Of a stretch of 64,000 nt of DNA, positions 12,378 through 25,471 are shown piece by piece. Position 1 is the first letter of the stretch. Each line of letters begins with the position of its first letter. The DNA is taken from the NCBI RefSeq assembly GCF_001194135.2, contig NC_068991.1:4515755-4579754 (forward strand). The letters are read 5' to 3'. Source of the stretch: Octopus bimaculoides (taxonomy: Eukaryota). The position numbers were made by a program, and so were the translations under genes. A model generated the notes under the pieces. It did not search any database and had not been told where the DNA came from. It saw only the letters and a list, made by a program, of their open reading frames with translations.

Positions 12378-13057
12378 AACCATAAAAATACAATAGGATC
12401 TCTTAAACATCGAATGGCTATTATGGTTCACCCGAGTGAAATAGAAAACATCACGATGACCAAGGCGTTCAAGGCGAAATTGATGTCACGTCATCTCCAC
12501 ACATAAATACTTGCTGAGCGAAATAGAGAACAAGAGAAACCAAACATGAAGAAAGTTTAACAAACGTAACTGACAAACAATCCTATACAGATATATTTAC
12601 ACAGATATACGCGATCGTTCACTGTAAATTAATAAAGATTTTGCGCGTACATTAAGTCCTTTCCACTACTTGACCCGACGCTTACGTTATCGACCTGGCA
12701 CATTTGCTATTGACCCAGAAGAGACAATCGGCAAAGGTCAATTCAAAGGGGCTGAAATCTGTACGTAAAGGGACATATAAATAATTGCTAATGGTAATTT
12801 TGATCCGAGTTCCACTCTGCGTCAGGGAATTCTTACCAACGGTTGACTGTCTATGCGGTCGTTTATTATGCGTAAAATAGAAGCCAAATTCCCTTCGGAG
12901 TTTCGTAACTTGGATGCTTATAGCATTATAATCTTAAATAAAGACAATCATATGAAGACAAATGTTACAACGTTTCTAATAGATGTGCACGCTTATCGCT
13001 GTTTTAAGGATAAGCATTAGAAATTAGCGTACAAATCACCAACAGTAACAACAACAA

Positions 13058-13237
13058 TTCTTTCTAGGCACAGGCCCTGAACTATTTTGCGATGGTGGTG
13101 GTGGTTATAGGGTACTTGATCACATCAAGCACTTCGGTTCATAGCTAGTACTTATCTCATTGACCTTGAAAGTGAAAGCCAAAGTTGACCTCAGCGGGAT
13201 TTCAACTCTGAACGGAAAGACAGACGAAATGTCTTTG
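13058..13237 (-). mobile_element. SINE family B, decayed
   Basis: ctaggcacaggccctgaa..ctagtacttatctcattgaccttgaaagtgaaagccaaagttgacctcagcgggatttcaactctgaacggaaagacagacgaaatg. Confidence 0.7.
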
Positions 13238-13397
13238 TATGTATGTATGTGTGTATATATAAATAAATANNNNNNNNNNNNNNNNNNNNNNNNNNNNNNN
13301 NNNNNNNNNNNNNNNNNNNNNNNNNNNNNNNNNNNNNNNNNNNNNNNNNNNNNNNNNNNNNNNNNNNNNNNNNNNNNNNNNNNNNNNNNNNNNNNNT

Positions 13398-13610
13398 GTG
13401 TTTTGTTTCTCCGTTTGTCCACCAATAGCGTTTGACAACCGGCTTTTGGGTGTTTACAGCCCCGTAAGATAGCGGTTCGTCAAAATCGTCCGAAGGAGTA
13501 AGTATTGGACTTCAAAATGAAAAGCGAAGTACCAGACTCCATTCATTCGACTAAACATTTTTTATGGCGGTGATCCTGAATGACCGTAGTGTAATGGCTT
13601 CCAAATATAT
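13398..13610 (+). mobile_element. SINE family A 3' half, decayed
   Basis: gcgtttgacaaccgg..gtgtttacagccccgtaagatagcggttcgtcaaaa..ttcgactaaa..ggcggtgatcctgaatgaccgtag. Confidence 0.7.
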
Positions 13611-13974
13611 ACAAAAAAAACACACGATAAAATCAACATTTATGGCATCTGTATTATATTTCTGGAAAACCATCTGACCGTTTGGTTAGCCGCCATCTTT
13701 ACCACGAAAATAACTCGACTTTTTCTTTTCTTTTCATGCCTGTCTGTTTCTTTGTTTTGTTTTTTCGATTTCAAGGTGTTGCATGATAAAAAGAAAACTT
13801 GTTTTTCTATCAGTATACATGTGCGGTATCACCTGTGAGTTTCTTTAACAAATAAACTCCTAGTTAATACCTTGTATAATTTAAATATTTATCACTAAAT
13901 CCGACATGTTTGTTCGCTTGTTGCAATGCTAACGACATTTTTACTTGTTCATTAATCATTCCACCATATTCTTC

Positions 13975-14138
13975 CATTCTCCTCTTCCTCTCTTCCTTCA
14001 ATCCCCTTCGTTATTTCTCTCACCTCTTTGTCATTTATATTTTCGATTTTCCATTCTTTCATTCCTTCTTTCGTTCCTTCTTTCATTCCTTCTTTCTGCC
14101 ATCCTTCCTTTTTTCTCTCTTCCCTTTACTTTCTCTCC

Positions 14139-14177
<39 letters not shown>

Positions 14178-14545
14178 CCTTTCTTTCTTTCTTCTTCTCT
14201 CTCTCTACTTCTCTCTTCTCTCTCTTCTTCTCCCTCTCGCTTCTCTCTTTCCTTCTCTCTCTCCTTCTTTCTCTCTCTCTCCTCCGCTTTCTCTGCTTCT
14301 CTCTGCGTCTCTCTCTTTCTCTCTCAATCTCCTTTTCTCTCTCCTCTTTCTCATCGCTCACCTTCTCTTTCATCCTCTCTCTTCTCTCTCTCTCCTTATC
14401 TCAATCCTCTCTCTTCTCTCTCATCTCTGCCATTCTCTCTCCTTCTCTCTCTCTCCTCTCTCTCTCACTCTCTCTCTCTCTCTTTCTCTCTCTAATTCAC
14501 TCTTCTCTCTCTGCCTTTCTCTTTCTCTCTCTACACCTTTCTCTG
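13975..14545. repeat. Approximately 570-bp imperfect polypyrimidine (CT/CTT/CTTT) tract
   Basis: near purine-free plus strand; source of the poly-LS ORFs. Confidence 0.95.
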
Positions 14546-14964
14546 CTTACTTTTAGTGCTGCATTTATCATGTCAATACGATTTTTATTCTCATGTATAT
14601 ATATGTATGTATGTATGTATGTATATGTATACGTACGTATTTATGTATGTCTATTACATTTATTCTCTCAATTTTGTATTCTGTCTCTCACGCTCACATA
14701 TTTCTGTCCCTCTCTCAGATTAATACGTTCTGTCACGTTGCTGTCTCCGTTAATATCAAAACAGAGATTAAAACAGCTGGTCGTCTTTGATATTGACGGA
14801 ATACATTTACATTGATTCTATGTATGGACCTCCGAGTATTAAACTTTCTATATGTATGTTGCAATTGTACGGCAGTGCAACTTATTTTTATGTGTGTTGG
14901 TAAATGTATAAGCTTCCGTATTTCAAATGCATATATTTTCAGTAGATGACGAATATCATCCGTA

Positions 14965-15021
<57 letters not shown>

Positions 15022-15074
15022 GCAGACAGACAGAGAGTCTTTAAATACATTCTTACCTGTGTTATTGCCACTCT

Positions 15075-15755
15075 TCAAATTTTGGGACAAGTCCAGCAAC
15101 TTTTGAGGATGATGTAAGTTGATTACATCGACTCAGCGATCAACTGGTACTTGTTTTATCGACTTCCGAAGGATGAAAGGCTAAGTCAACCTCGGCGGAA
15201 TTTGTGCTAAGTATATAAAACCACACGAAATGCGGCTTAGCATTTTACGCTGCTTCGTAACTGTTCTTTCAGCTTGCAAATGTGTCAGTCTATAATTATT
15301 TCTTTATTGCACACAAAGGGCTGAACATAGAGGGGCCAAACAAGGACAGACAAAGGGATTAAGGCGATTACACCGACCCAAGTGCGTTACTGGTACTCAT
15401 TGCTTCTACCCGGAAAGGATGAATGTCAAAGTCGTCCTCGGCAGAATTGGAACCCAGAACCTAACGGCAGATGAAACACCACTAGGCATTTCGCCCGACG
15501 TGCTAAAAATTCTGCCAGCTCGGTTCTCTTTTATCACTCTATATATTCTTTTCTACTCTAGGGACAAGGCCCGAAATATTAGGGGAGGGGGCCAGTCGAT
15601 AAGATCGACCCCAGTACGCTACTGGTACGTAATTTATCGAACCCGAAAGGATGAAAGTCGATCTCGGTGGAATTTGAACTCAGAACGTAAAGACAGACGA
15701 AATGCCGCTAAGCATTTCGCCCAGCGTGCTGACGTTCTTACCAGCTCGCCGCCTT
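15075..15755 (-). mobile_element. Three tandem, same-orientation SINE family B copies (15075-15280; 15297-15523 with tail variant 2; 15545-15755 with tail variant 1)
   Basis: each carries gaaaggatgaa..aagtcgacctcggcggaattt..gaaat.cc.ctaagcatttcg; the tails differ (acaaggcccgaaat..ggagggggccagtcgat versus cacaaagggctgaacatagaggggccaaacaaggacagacaaagggattaag). Confidence 0.9.
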
Positions 15756-16084
15756 TTCACTCCATATATTTGACTTGTTAAGGTTATTCTATAGAACCAT
15801 AACAAGTGATGTAAATCGCACGGCTATCACAGAAGAACAAGGTTTTTTTTATTTTGTACAAACGTTTAATATTCGTTATAGTATATAGTATATGCTGGTT
15901 GTGGACAATCATTTTTGTCATATCTGTATTTTTGTATATGACTCTATTACGTATACAAGTGCATTTGTGCCTGTTCCTTGCACATCTTGTGCATCACTTA
16001 CATCTGCATGTCTTTTGTATGCATTGAGTTTATTTGTTCATGTGTGTTGTTGTTGTTTCTGATTAGCAGTCTATCAGCAATGCG

Positions 16085-16242
16085 CAAACAGACCAGTGAT
16101 CATAGGCTTCCCACATGTAACCATCTCGTTTTGTTTCTCTATACATAAAACCTGTGGACTCGTAATCCACCACGTCTATTCCGAAGAGGTGTTGGTATGA
16201 TTCCTAAGAGATTTAGCTGCTATTTCTACCAGGTCAGACTCA
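16085..16242 (+). mobile_element. Probable fragment of a third interspersed repeat family
   Basis: cagaccagtgatcataggcttccca..gagatttagctgctatttctaccaggtc resembles a repeat I recall from octopus DNA; weak echo at about 39995 (ctgctatttttagcaag); not verifiable here. Confidence 0.3.
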
Positions 16243-16879
16243 ATGTATATATATATATATATATATATATATGTAGACATGTTCATAAGTATATCTATGG
16301 CTGATTTAATGCACTTATGCTCATGTGTGTCTGTGCGTGTACGAGTGTTTGTGTGTGCCTGTTCATCAACATCGTTTTATGATCTTACCTGTGCGTTTGT
16401 TTAAAAGTTATTTGTGTGTAAGATCAGAGATAGTGTCAGTACATGTGTACTGGCGTGTAAATCTGTGTGGCATTCGCAATATTTGTCATTAGGTGTTTAA
16501 ATAGCCAATGTGTTAAGGCATCTGTTCATTTGTAAATCAACTTCAGTAACGCTTCTGAAAATTATAGAAATAAAATCTTTATGTAATTTCTCTACCATGG
16601 AAATTAATAAAGTAGTGGTCACTCATATTTATACATATATGTATTTATGCACACATACACACACACATACAGAGACACACACATGCACAAACACACACAT
16701 TTATATAGTCATCTAACAATCTATAAGTCAGAAAAATATGCAGTTATATTTTACAGTGGATTGCGTATATAACTCAAAGTGTACTATATATATCTATTAC
16801 GGCCGGGTCTACCGATCGGTTTCACACCAAACACTGAACCGGATGTTAGATTACTCTTTTACAGAATTTATTCCTATTG

Positions 16880-17100
16880 GGAACATTTACTCACTAAGCT
16901 AGGGAAAATCGTAGAGAAACAAGTTTTTATCTTTAACGAGACGTGGGTTGGGAACCAACTGCACTTTCCGGTGGTATTTACTCGGTGGCATTTACTCTTG
17001 AACCGGTCAGGGGTTTGACGTATATATTGGCATATCGTTCAAAATACCGGAGGCTAGAGGGTAATTATAGTAGAGGGCAACGGTGTCGCTAGAAAAATAT
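16880..17100 (+). mobile_element. Possible decayed LINE APE-endonuclease fragment
   Basis: ORF 16779-17018 contains KLGKIVEKQVFIFNETW, resembling the APE motif I..LQETW; no other motif confirmed. Confidence 0.2.
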
Positions 17101-18439
17101 TGACAACGAAACCACAGGAAGATAGGTCTATAGTAGACATTGAACATGCCGAGAGGAAATAAGTAAGAGACCAATAGCAAACCTCAAAGACGATGAGACG
17201 CAACCAGGAAAAAAACCGAAAGAAACCAACAAAATACTATGGCAAGATAAAAAAATGACCGAGAAGAGATAACAAAAAGTTGATAGCGAAATCAAACCGT
17301 GATAAGACCAGAAAAAGTGTAGAGTGAGCGAAAGACAAAGACAGAACGAAGAAAACTGCGATATAATAACAAGAGAAATGTGAAAGAGAATCGAAGAGAG
17401 AGAATCATTATCATTTTATGGCTGTAATCGTTTTCTGGTGTTCCTTCGGTATGAATGATAGATGTGTGTAGTGAGGAAGCACCTGAAACGTTATTAAACA
17501 ACAGTGTATACCTGTTTTATATGTTGAAGCTGCTTCATATATTGCATTTTAATTTATTTTCATGAAATAATGTGCCACATGTGCGTACAGCATTTATATC
17601 CTTCATAACACTACGTCTTATAATATTTCTATCAACTCATAAATAATATTCAGTCAAGAAAGCAATTTCATACAGTATTACATATTTCATCACTAAGTGA
17701 ATGCATATGACATATTCCTAATGTATATGGCATATCACATACTGTGTATAAAAGCAGTTCTTCCTACAATGGCTGCTTTTGATTCTAACTGAATGAATGA
17801 TTTTATGACTTAACGCATTACTAAAAAGCGTCCGGCGTGAAGTTAGCTAATTGTAATTCCGTTTTATTATCTTCTACAATCTTATGTGACCTACTTCTCT
17901 GATAATGTTAAAATGTATGGAATCAATAATAACCAACAACATTTGTTTTTATTGTCGCCATTTCACCCTGGTCAGTTCTGGTTGTGCTTGTAGGTGTTGG
18001 TTGATTAACTTGTTTCTTTTCATAGATCTATTATTCTAGATATAACGGGTCTACAACTAGTTAAAAGTCACACTGTACACATATTTCAAAATGCAATTCT
18101 ATAGCAGACGATGTATGACGGTTCAGAAATGTGCTTTTTTTCCTCCCTCGTTGATTGGTTTATTTCCACGTAACAGGAAGATTTAACGTTGGCTAAATCA
18201 GAAGCTGGCAAGCAAGACGCGAACATATTTTGGCAATTGCTGTTTATCTCGGAACAGTATTACCTGGTCTTCAGAATATTTTTAACGCTGCAAGTTTTGC
18301 GTTGCATTGTAATATTACTTTAACATTAATTAGTTGAACAAAACAAGGGTCAGAATATTTTTCAGAATTTGCAAACCGGTCCGTTTCATTGTTTGACTGC
18401 GTGTGCATGAATTGTTTGTAATACCTGTAACATGCTTAC

Positions 18440-18625
18440 TCAACAGACTTCGCAAGCTAATAAGGATTACTCGAAATTGTCATTCAGCTTGATACAGGAA
18501 TAAGCGAGTTCGCTTCTCGCGACGGAACTCAATTCCAATAACGTAGTCCACGGTAAACAAGAATGGGTCATAATGAGTCAGCGTGGTCAGTTTTTGACCT
18601 GGGGTTAAATATTTACACCGCACTC
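18440..18625 (-). CDS. Candidate exon (phase 1): (G)VRCKYLTPGQKLTTLTHYDPFLFTVDYVIGIEFRREKRTRLFLYQAE* with the frame reopening as QFRVILISLRSLL up to a strong donor
   Basis: acceptor catcttgcag, donor A/gtaagc, 186 nt, single in-frame TGA at 18480-18482; the other two frames stop early. Confidence 0.4.
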
Positions 18626-18945
18626 CTGCAAGATGGATTTTTAAGTGTGTATATATTTTGATAAATTATATTTCATTTAATTATATGATATCTGCGAGTA
18701 AAGCTTGCGATTATCATGGCTATGGGATACTGACAGCTTGTATCCATCATTCATCCAAAACGCCTGCAATACTAAATGAGATAAAAATGAAAAAAGTTTT
18801 ATTCATTCATAGAATTGTGTGTGAAGTTCTTGATGTGTGTGTGCGAGGGAGCGAGAGAGAGAGAGGGGGGATGTGTGCGCGCTTGAGCGATTCTCCTGTC
18901 AAATATTACAAGAATTTCCAATCCATAGACCGTATTGCTTGAATA

Positions 18946-19052
18946 TTCTTTTCTACTCAAGGCAAAAGGCCCGAAATTCTGGCGGAGGGGGTCAGTCGCA
19001 ACATGGTACTTAATTTATCGACCCCGAGAGAATGAAAGTCAAAGTTGACCTT
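18946..19052 (-). mobile_element. SINE family B 3' fragment
   Basis: ttctactcaaggcaaaaggcccgaaattctggcggagggggtcagtcg..tggtacttaatttatcgaccccgagagaatgaaagtcaaagttgacc. Confidence 0.8.
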
Positions 19053-21096
19053 TTAGACAAAGTTATTATACTGATGTGAGGTTTATATTCGCTGCTTAAT
19101 ATCGTCCGAGCGATGAAATTGAAACTACCACACTTGAAATTCCGAGTTTAATTTATGAAGACTAAATTGTTAATTAAATTCCGGATCATATATATGTCTC
19201 ATTCTGTTCGGGAAGAATTCTTACCATCCCCTAAGTGACTACGAAGTGCACTGATTCGTTATTATAAAATAAAGAACTGTGAACAGTTGATGGTAAGCAG
19301 CTCAAAGTGAGCCGTTGACAGAGGGCGTTTAACCTCGTGTAGTACTGGTGCGTCGTGTAAATACGTTTTTTTCCCCCTTGCTTCGTTAAATTATTTATCC
19401 AACACCAGGATATAAAACATTCTTTGATTAATTAAACTTGTAAAGATAGCAAAACAGCATAGTCACTGCCTAAATATCTTTGAACTTAAATCTAGTGAAT
19501 CAGAACCTGACCTAGACGAAAATACAACAATACTCAATTAGCGAAACATTAAATGTTGTTGTACATCATTACCGATTATTAACCATGAAAAGGACGTTTC
19601 GTCTGTGAAATATCCATTGGGAACTATAGACTTACATCTAAATAAATGAAACTATCAGATAACTTATTAAAACACCATTTCTATGGAACAACTCTTCTGG
19701 AGTGTTACTCAGTACGTTTATATTAATAGCTACAAATTCGATAATGTATATTAAAACTTTCATTAATATTCATTTAATTTTCTAATTAATTTGTTGCAAG
19801 CACTACATCAAATATATTCACTATAAATATTAGAGCTTCTTATTGTTCGTTATTAATTTCTAATGTTGGCACAAGTCTACACATTTCGATGGCAGACTTG
19901 AAGTTGATATCGTTTATTTCAACTTCACTAGAATTTAGTTTATCGACTAAGAATAATAGCTAACAACGTCGACACCAATGCCAATCTAAATCAAATGCTT
20001 AAAGCTAACAAACATACACACACATACACACACACATACACACACATACACACATCCAGACATATGCTCACATATTCACACACACACAAACACACACATA
20101 CGCATGCATTTATATGTGTGTGTATACTGATGTCTGTTTTTAAAACAAAAGGTTATAAAATTAAGAATTTATAAGGCCAAAAAACTGAAGTAACGTTCTA
20201 GCGTAGGTTAGCAAAGGGTTTCGAAGTCACCGTCACCCTTCTTGTAAAATATTTCATGTGTATAGAAACATGTATGTGTATGTAGATGGGTGACCTTCAC
20301 GTGTATTTAAGGGATGCAATTCCTACTTAGATGTCATGCGCAGCCCTTGGCTTCAAATCATAAAGATGTGTGCTATGGGTTTCACATTCTTGAAGCAAAC
20401 TTAGAAGTGCAACACCTGTGAGAATTTACCAAAGTAATTAAGGATTATACAGGAAATGTAGTGATGACCCATATGTATCTTGTTACACTAAGATTAGCAA
20501 TAAATATATGCAATGAAAATTCAAATGGAGTTTCAGTTTAAAACAAGTGGTACAACACAGCATGGAAATATCTTCTGCTTAAGAAATGTTTGTGGGACTC
20601 GTTTTTAAGAAAGAGTGTAACGAATCATTTGTTAATGATTTAATCTCGTTATTATGAATGCTTTGAAAATATACAAACAAACTAGAATTCAGCACCAGTA
20701 GGGAGGCAACCTACCAGATTTGTTACCGAGCCGGACAAAATGTTTCGTAGCATTTCATCCGTTTGTACGCTTTGAGTCGGCCTACGGGTTTGTGTATATT
20801 TTTTATAGAAACCATGGATGTGTACATTACACACACGCGCGCGCGTTTGTTTGTGTGCGTGCGTGCGTGTGTCGTGTGTAAAGACAGAGGGAGGGAGGGA
20901 GAATTAAAGATAATGTGACAGACATACTCACAAACGTAGAGGCACGCAGGTACACACCGGCATATGCACACATATACAAACATGCATGTGTCTGTCTGTG
21001 TGTGTGTGTGTGTGTGTGTATGGATGTATGTATGCATGTGTATGCATGCATGTATGTATGTATACATATACGTATATATATATATATATCTATATA

Positions 21097-21134
<38 letters not shown>

Positions 21135-21674
21135 CAACGTGTGGTTCACGACTCCATTTGTCTTGCTGAACAATAGCAAAACAGGAACGAGTGTTTATGG
21201 AAATGAAGTTTTCTTCTGTAGGTGCCACGTATATATATATTCCAGGCTTTAACTATTTTTTTTCTTTTTCTATTGTTTCTCTAATAAATATTAGGCATCT
21301 ATATAAAATACCATCAACATCACTGCACACGTTTCCGTTGTGATGACAGCTGTTTAAATATCCTGAACCATTTAATTAATATCACATATCACACGATCTG
21401 TAATAGATTAACAGTGGGTAGCATAAATATATTCAGAAGCTCTTCGCATGAATGAACCACATTAATCTCCACATGCGTTTGTGTATGTGTGTGTGTGTGT
21501 TTTTTGGGGGAGGGGGGCTGCATCTTGTGTCTATACAAGTTTAGCTCATTGCTCTTTTCGTTTTCATATCGAGGATGCCTGTCGTGTGAAGCCACTCTCA
21601 TTACTCTATTCTCCATTTGAGCTTAAACAAATGAGATGTGTTAGAATTATTTAATAATTGATGCATGTAAATAC

Positions 21675-21791
21675 CTGCAGAATCACACCAAACCAGAACA
21701 ACACAATCAACATCAGTAATATCATCGACAATACCGACATCATTACTTTCTTGAAATCCCATCTCAGTCTGTCCTTCATCATTGCTACATG
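21675..21791 (-). CDS. Candidate 117-nt exon; preferred frame (phase 1-1) CSNDEGQTEMGFQESNDVGIVDDITDVDCVVLVWCDSA; alternative frame (phase 0-0) HVAMMKDRLRWDFKKVMMSVLSMILLMLIVLFWFGVILQ
   Basis: T-rich tract plus cacag acceptor, CAG/gtattt donor, two open frames; the first has G-starting, A/T-ending codons typical of AT-rich coding DNA. Confidence 0.5.
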
Positions 21792-22758
21792 CTGTGGTCT
21801 CAACGTATAAATAAAGGAATAAATAATTATGTAAATAAAAAAAACTTTATTTGTATCTGAGTTATAATGTTTCTCATAATGTAGCTTATGTAAGAATATC
21901 TTCATATGTAACCGAGATACCGCTTGTCCTTCTATGTCAAAACCTTTCAGCGCAATATTAGTAATGTACACATCAAATCGTTTCTAGCAAAGAAATCGCT
22001 GTATTACACAATGAACTTTAAGTCACATGGTCATTCAAGTAGTTAGAAATAGAAAGGAGATATCCCTATGTAAATTTTATGTATTATCCATCTGAAAATA
22101 AGACTTGGCTGTTGCCAGTGGTACATCTTTGATGAAAGCTAGCATTTTCCAAACGATAACCGAAATGTTAACAATAGCAGCCGCTTCAAGGCAAAGTGAA
22201 ATCATCTGATCGTGAGTATTTCAATTGACAACTATTAAGGTGAGGCACATTGATACCGCTGGCGATGTGGTGCGGATGAAACAGTGATACTTCTTCAGTT
22301 AGGCAGAATACACCCTTTACAGGATTCGATTGCCTTGATTAAATAGTTGCATTCGTCTAGCCCTGAACTCTATAGAACATTTTGTAAAGATAAACTTAGA
22401 AAAAAAACTGTTAATTAGGGACTGGACATTTTGAGGGTTGGTTTATATTATTTGCTCTAATATTTGGTAGTCACTCCTTCATTTCAATCCACTAAATAAT
22501 TTTACCATGCATTGGTGAAAGATACATAGGCACAATGGTTTATGGTTAACGTATCTCGACTAAAGACCCTGTCTGTTGCTCATCTGCTTTTGTTGTCTTC
22601 TAACTGTATACTTTAGATACTTATCCGTCAATAACACTAAATACTGACTTATTATTTCACTTGAAGAACGAAGGAGAAATATATGCGGTCACTACTTCTA
22701 ACAGAATTAAAAGAGATCTCACCCAGAAATCTGACCCGAGAGTAGTCAAATATTGGCT

Positions 22759-22968
22759 TCAGATTTTGGCCCAAGGCCAGCAATTTAAGAGAAGGGAATA
22801 AGTCGATTGCATCGCCCCCTGTACTCAACTGGTACTTATTTCATCGATCCCGAAAGGATGGAAAGCAAAGTCGACATCCGCGGAATTTGAACTCAGAACA
22901 TAAAGACAGACGAAATTCTGCTAAGCGTTTAGCTCGGCGTGATAACGTTTCTGCCAGGTCGCTGCTTT
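22759..22968 (-). mobile_element. SINE family B
   Basis: ggcccaaggccagcaa..aagtcgattgcatcg..caactggtacttatttcatcgatcccgaaaggatgg..gcggaatttgaactcagaacataaagacagacgaaat..ctgccaggtcgctgc. Confidence 0.85.
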
Positions 22969-24308
22969 AGTGTAGTCGAATATTAAGAAGGTCTTGTGTA
23001 AGGTAGTCGTACATAAATTATGTTTATATAAAAGACAGAAAGTGCCGAAGCTTTTACAGTTTGGATCATTCATTTGCTCTGTTTGTTACGTTACGGCTAA
23101 TTAACAATATTGCTCTAACGAATCATATAAAAGGATGTCAAAGCGGTCGTGCGAATGGGTACTATATCAAGTGGATATAATATCAAAACATTTTCATCCA
23201 TGACCTTCTCTTAGGACTAAACAGTTAATATATACATATATCCCCTTTGTATTACATGGCAATTTTAGAGTAATGTTGATACTTTTCTCAGCATCTATGG
23301 AATGAATAATAAAACAAAAAACGGTGTACTACAGCAAAGATTTTAAAACCAATGTTATTTCCGTCAATCCTATTCCTGACTTTTTATTATAAAACATAAG
23401 TCTTCTAAAATATTTGCCAGTAAGAGAAATGATTACATCCTTTACTTAAATATCGTTTCTGACTTTCTCTCATTAAATTATTTTCCACTCGGGTTTCTAT
23501 ACGGTCTCCCGTATTGTACGTGTAATTGGATCTAAACTTTATATTTCAAATAAATCATACGTAATGTGTACGTTAAACAGTTTCCAAAACTTGTTTGTAT
23601 ATATACCTAGTGTACGAGAACTAAAACCAGATTTGATATAGTGGCTTGCCATTTATCATAGCCTGTTGCATCATGTAGCAATACGATTTTGTCATTAGTT
23701 CTCCTATAAATAAACGCATTTATATGCATAGACCTATGGGTATGATACAAGATTATTCTGATTAAAAAAGCTAGTAGATTCCAGCTGGTGTATGAGAGCG
23801 TTAATAAATGGTTAGGGTACGTAAATAAATAACTAGTTTTCGAAATAAAAGCCCAAAGATATAATATCTGTATCCAATTTGATATCAAACCATAACTAAA
23901 GTGTTCCAAATCGAAAGTGGGTACAAGTTCAGTTAATACAGAAATGGACGTAAATTTAATGCTTATTATAACTCAATCAGAACTATAATGCTACACTGGT
24001 TATGGATGTTAATACATAATTATTCTGGTAACCAAGATGGAAATGGTTTTATGTAGAACGTTTATATAACTGATCACTCTTACTCTATCTTCTATTGCTG
24101 AGCTAAGATTTTGTGAAGGGAGACTAAACAACAGGATGTTCTATATGTGGACGTGCATTAAACTATTTAATCCTTAACCAGACGCCATTTATGTGATATT
24201 TCGTAGAAAACTTTTATTAAACTTAGATAAACTGATGACCAAAACCAACTGTTTATTACAGTGTGGGTGCAACACATATTATCTTAACATGTTTTACATC
24301 CCCTTTCC

Positions 24309-24339
<31 letters not shown>

Positions 24340-25230
24340 NNNNNNNNNNNNNNNNNNNNNNNNNNNNNNNNNNNNNNNNNNNNNNNNNNNNNNNNNNNNN
24401 NNNNNNNNNNNNNNNNNNNNNNNNNNNNNNNNNNNNNNNNNNNNNNNNNNNNNNNNNNNNNNNNNNNNNNNNNNNNNNNNNNNNNNNNNNNNNNNNNNNN
24501 NNNNNNNNNNNNNNNNNNNNNNNNNNNNNNNNNNNNNNNNNATATATATATGTTCTTACATCTAACAACTCAGAAATTTCCCTCCAATTCCACACCAGTT
24601 ACACCAGACGTCTTCTATATATTATCTAATTTAACGAGAATTTAAACATATTTCACATAGCCAACTGGATTATTCTTGACAAACAAAATAATCCTAGGCC
24701 AAACTAATGTATAATTTGACAGATAACCACTATTTCTTACGTAGCAAGCTGACATAAAGTTAATTGTTTCTTGTCAAAGTACAATATCTATGAACCAATG
24801 ATTAAATACTTTTAAAACATGCATTCGAATCTTATACACATAGGTTTACATTCATTATGTAATGTATCCGTTCTTTTTCCAGGCTGGAGAAGTGTTGCTG
24901 TCACACACAAAAAAGAGTATTAAACAAGAGTTTAACATATTGTTTCTGTAAAACACCTGAGTGTATTCTCTAGAAAAAAAAAACAATATGTACGTTTCAT
25001 CATTCATCGTTATAAAGACAAAGAGTATACCTGTAATTTCATTCAGAATGTCTTAATACATTGTCCTTGTGCTTTTGTATGAGGCTTCCTGTAATCCGGC
25101 AATAAAAGATTTATGATACTTATCGTATTTCATAGTATATAACAGGCACTATTTTTCAAAATAAAATGTCGTAAAAATTTCTGCGAGTTCCATATACGAA
25201 TATCCACCATATACGAATATCCACTTAAAT

Positions 25231-25231
<1 letters not shown>

Positions 25232-25277
<46 letters not shown>
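25232..25277. repeat. Poly-T run preceded by a 17-bp tandem duplication (ccatatacgaatatcca x2, 25190-25223)
   Basis: visible in sequence. Confidence 0.85.
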
Positions 25278-25471
25278 CGTTTTTTCTTCGAGAATAAGCG
25301 CTGCTGAAATTGGAATGCTACTTATATACCCGAGTATTCCTTATGCCATCAAATACATTATCTTGCATAAGAAAGTGTTTACATCATATTTACATATTCC
25401 TACTTAAACCATACTAAATATATTTTCTTCCTTGTTAACACAGAGTGTGGTTTATGCAGGAAATATTTCTT

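Noticed and set aside
12395-12513. Strong minus-strand acceptor at 12514 (long pyrimidine tract plus cag)
   Set aside because: All three frames stop within 15 codons and no good donor follows
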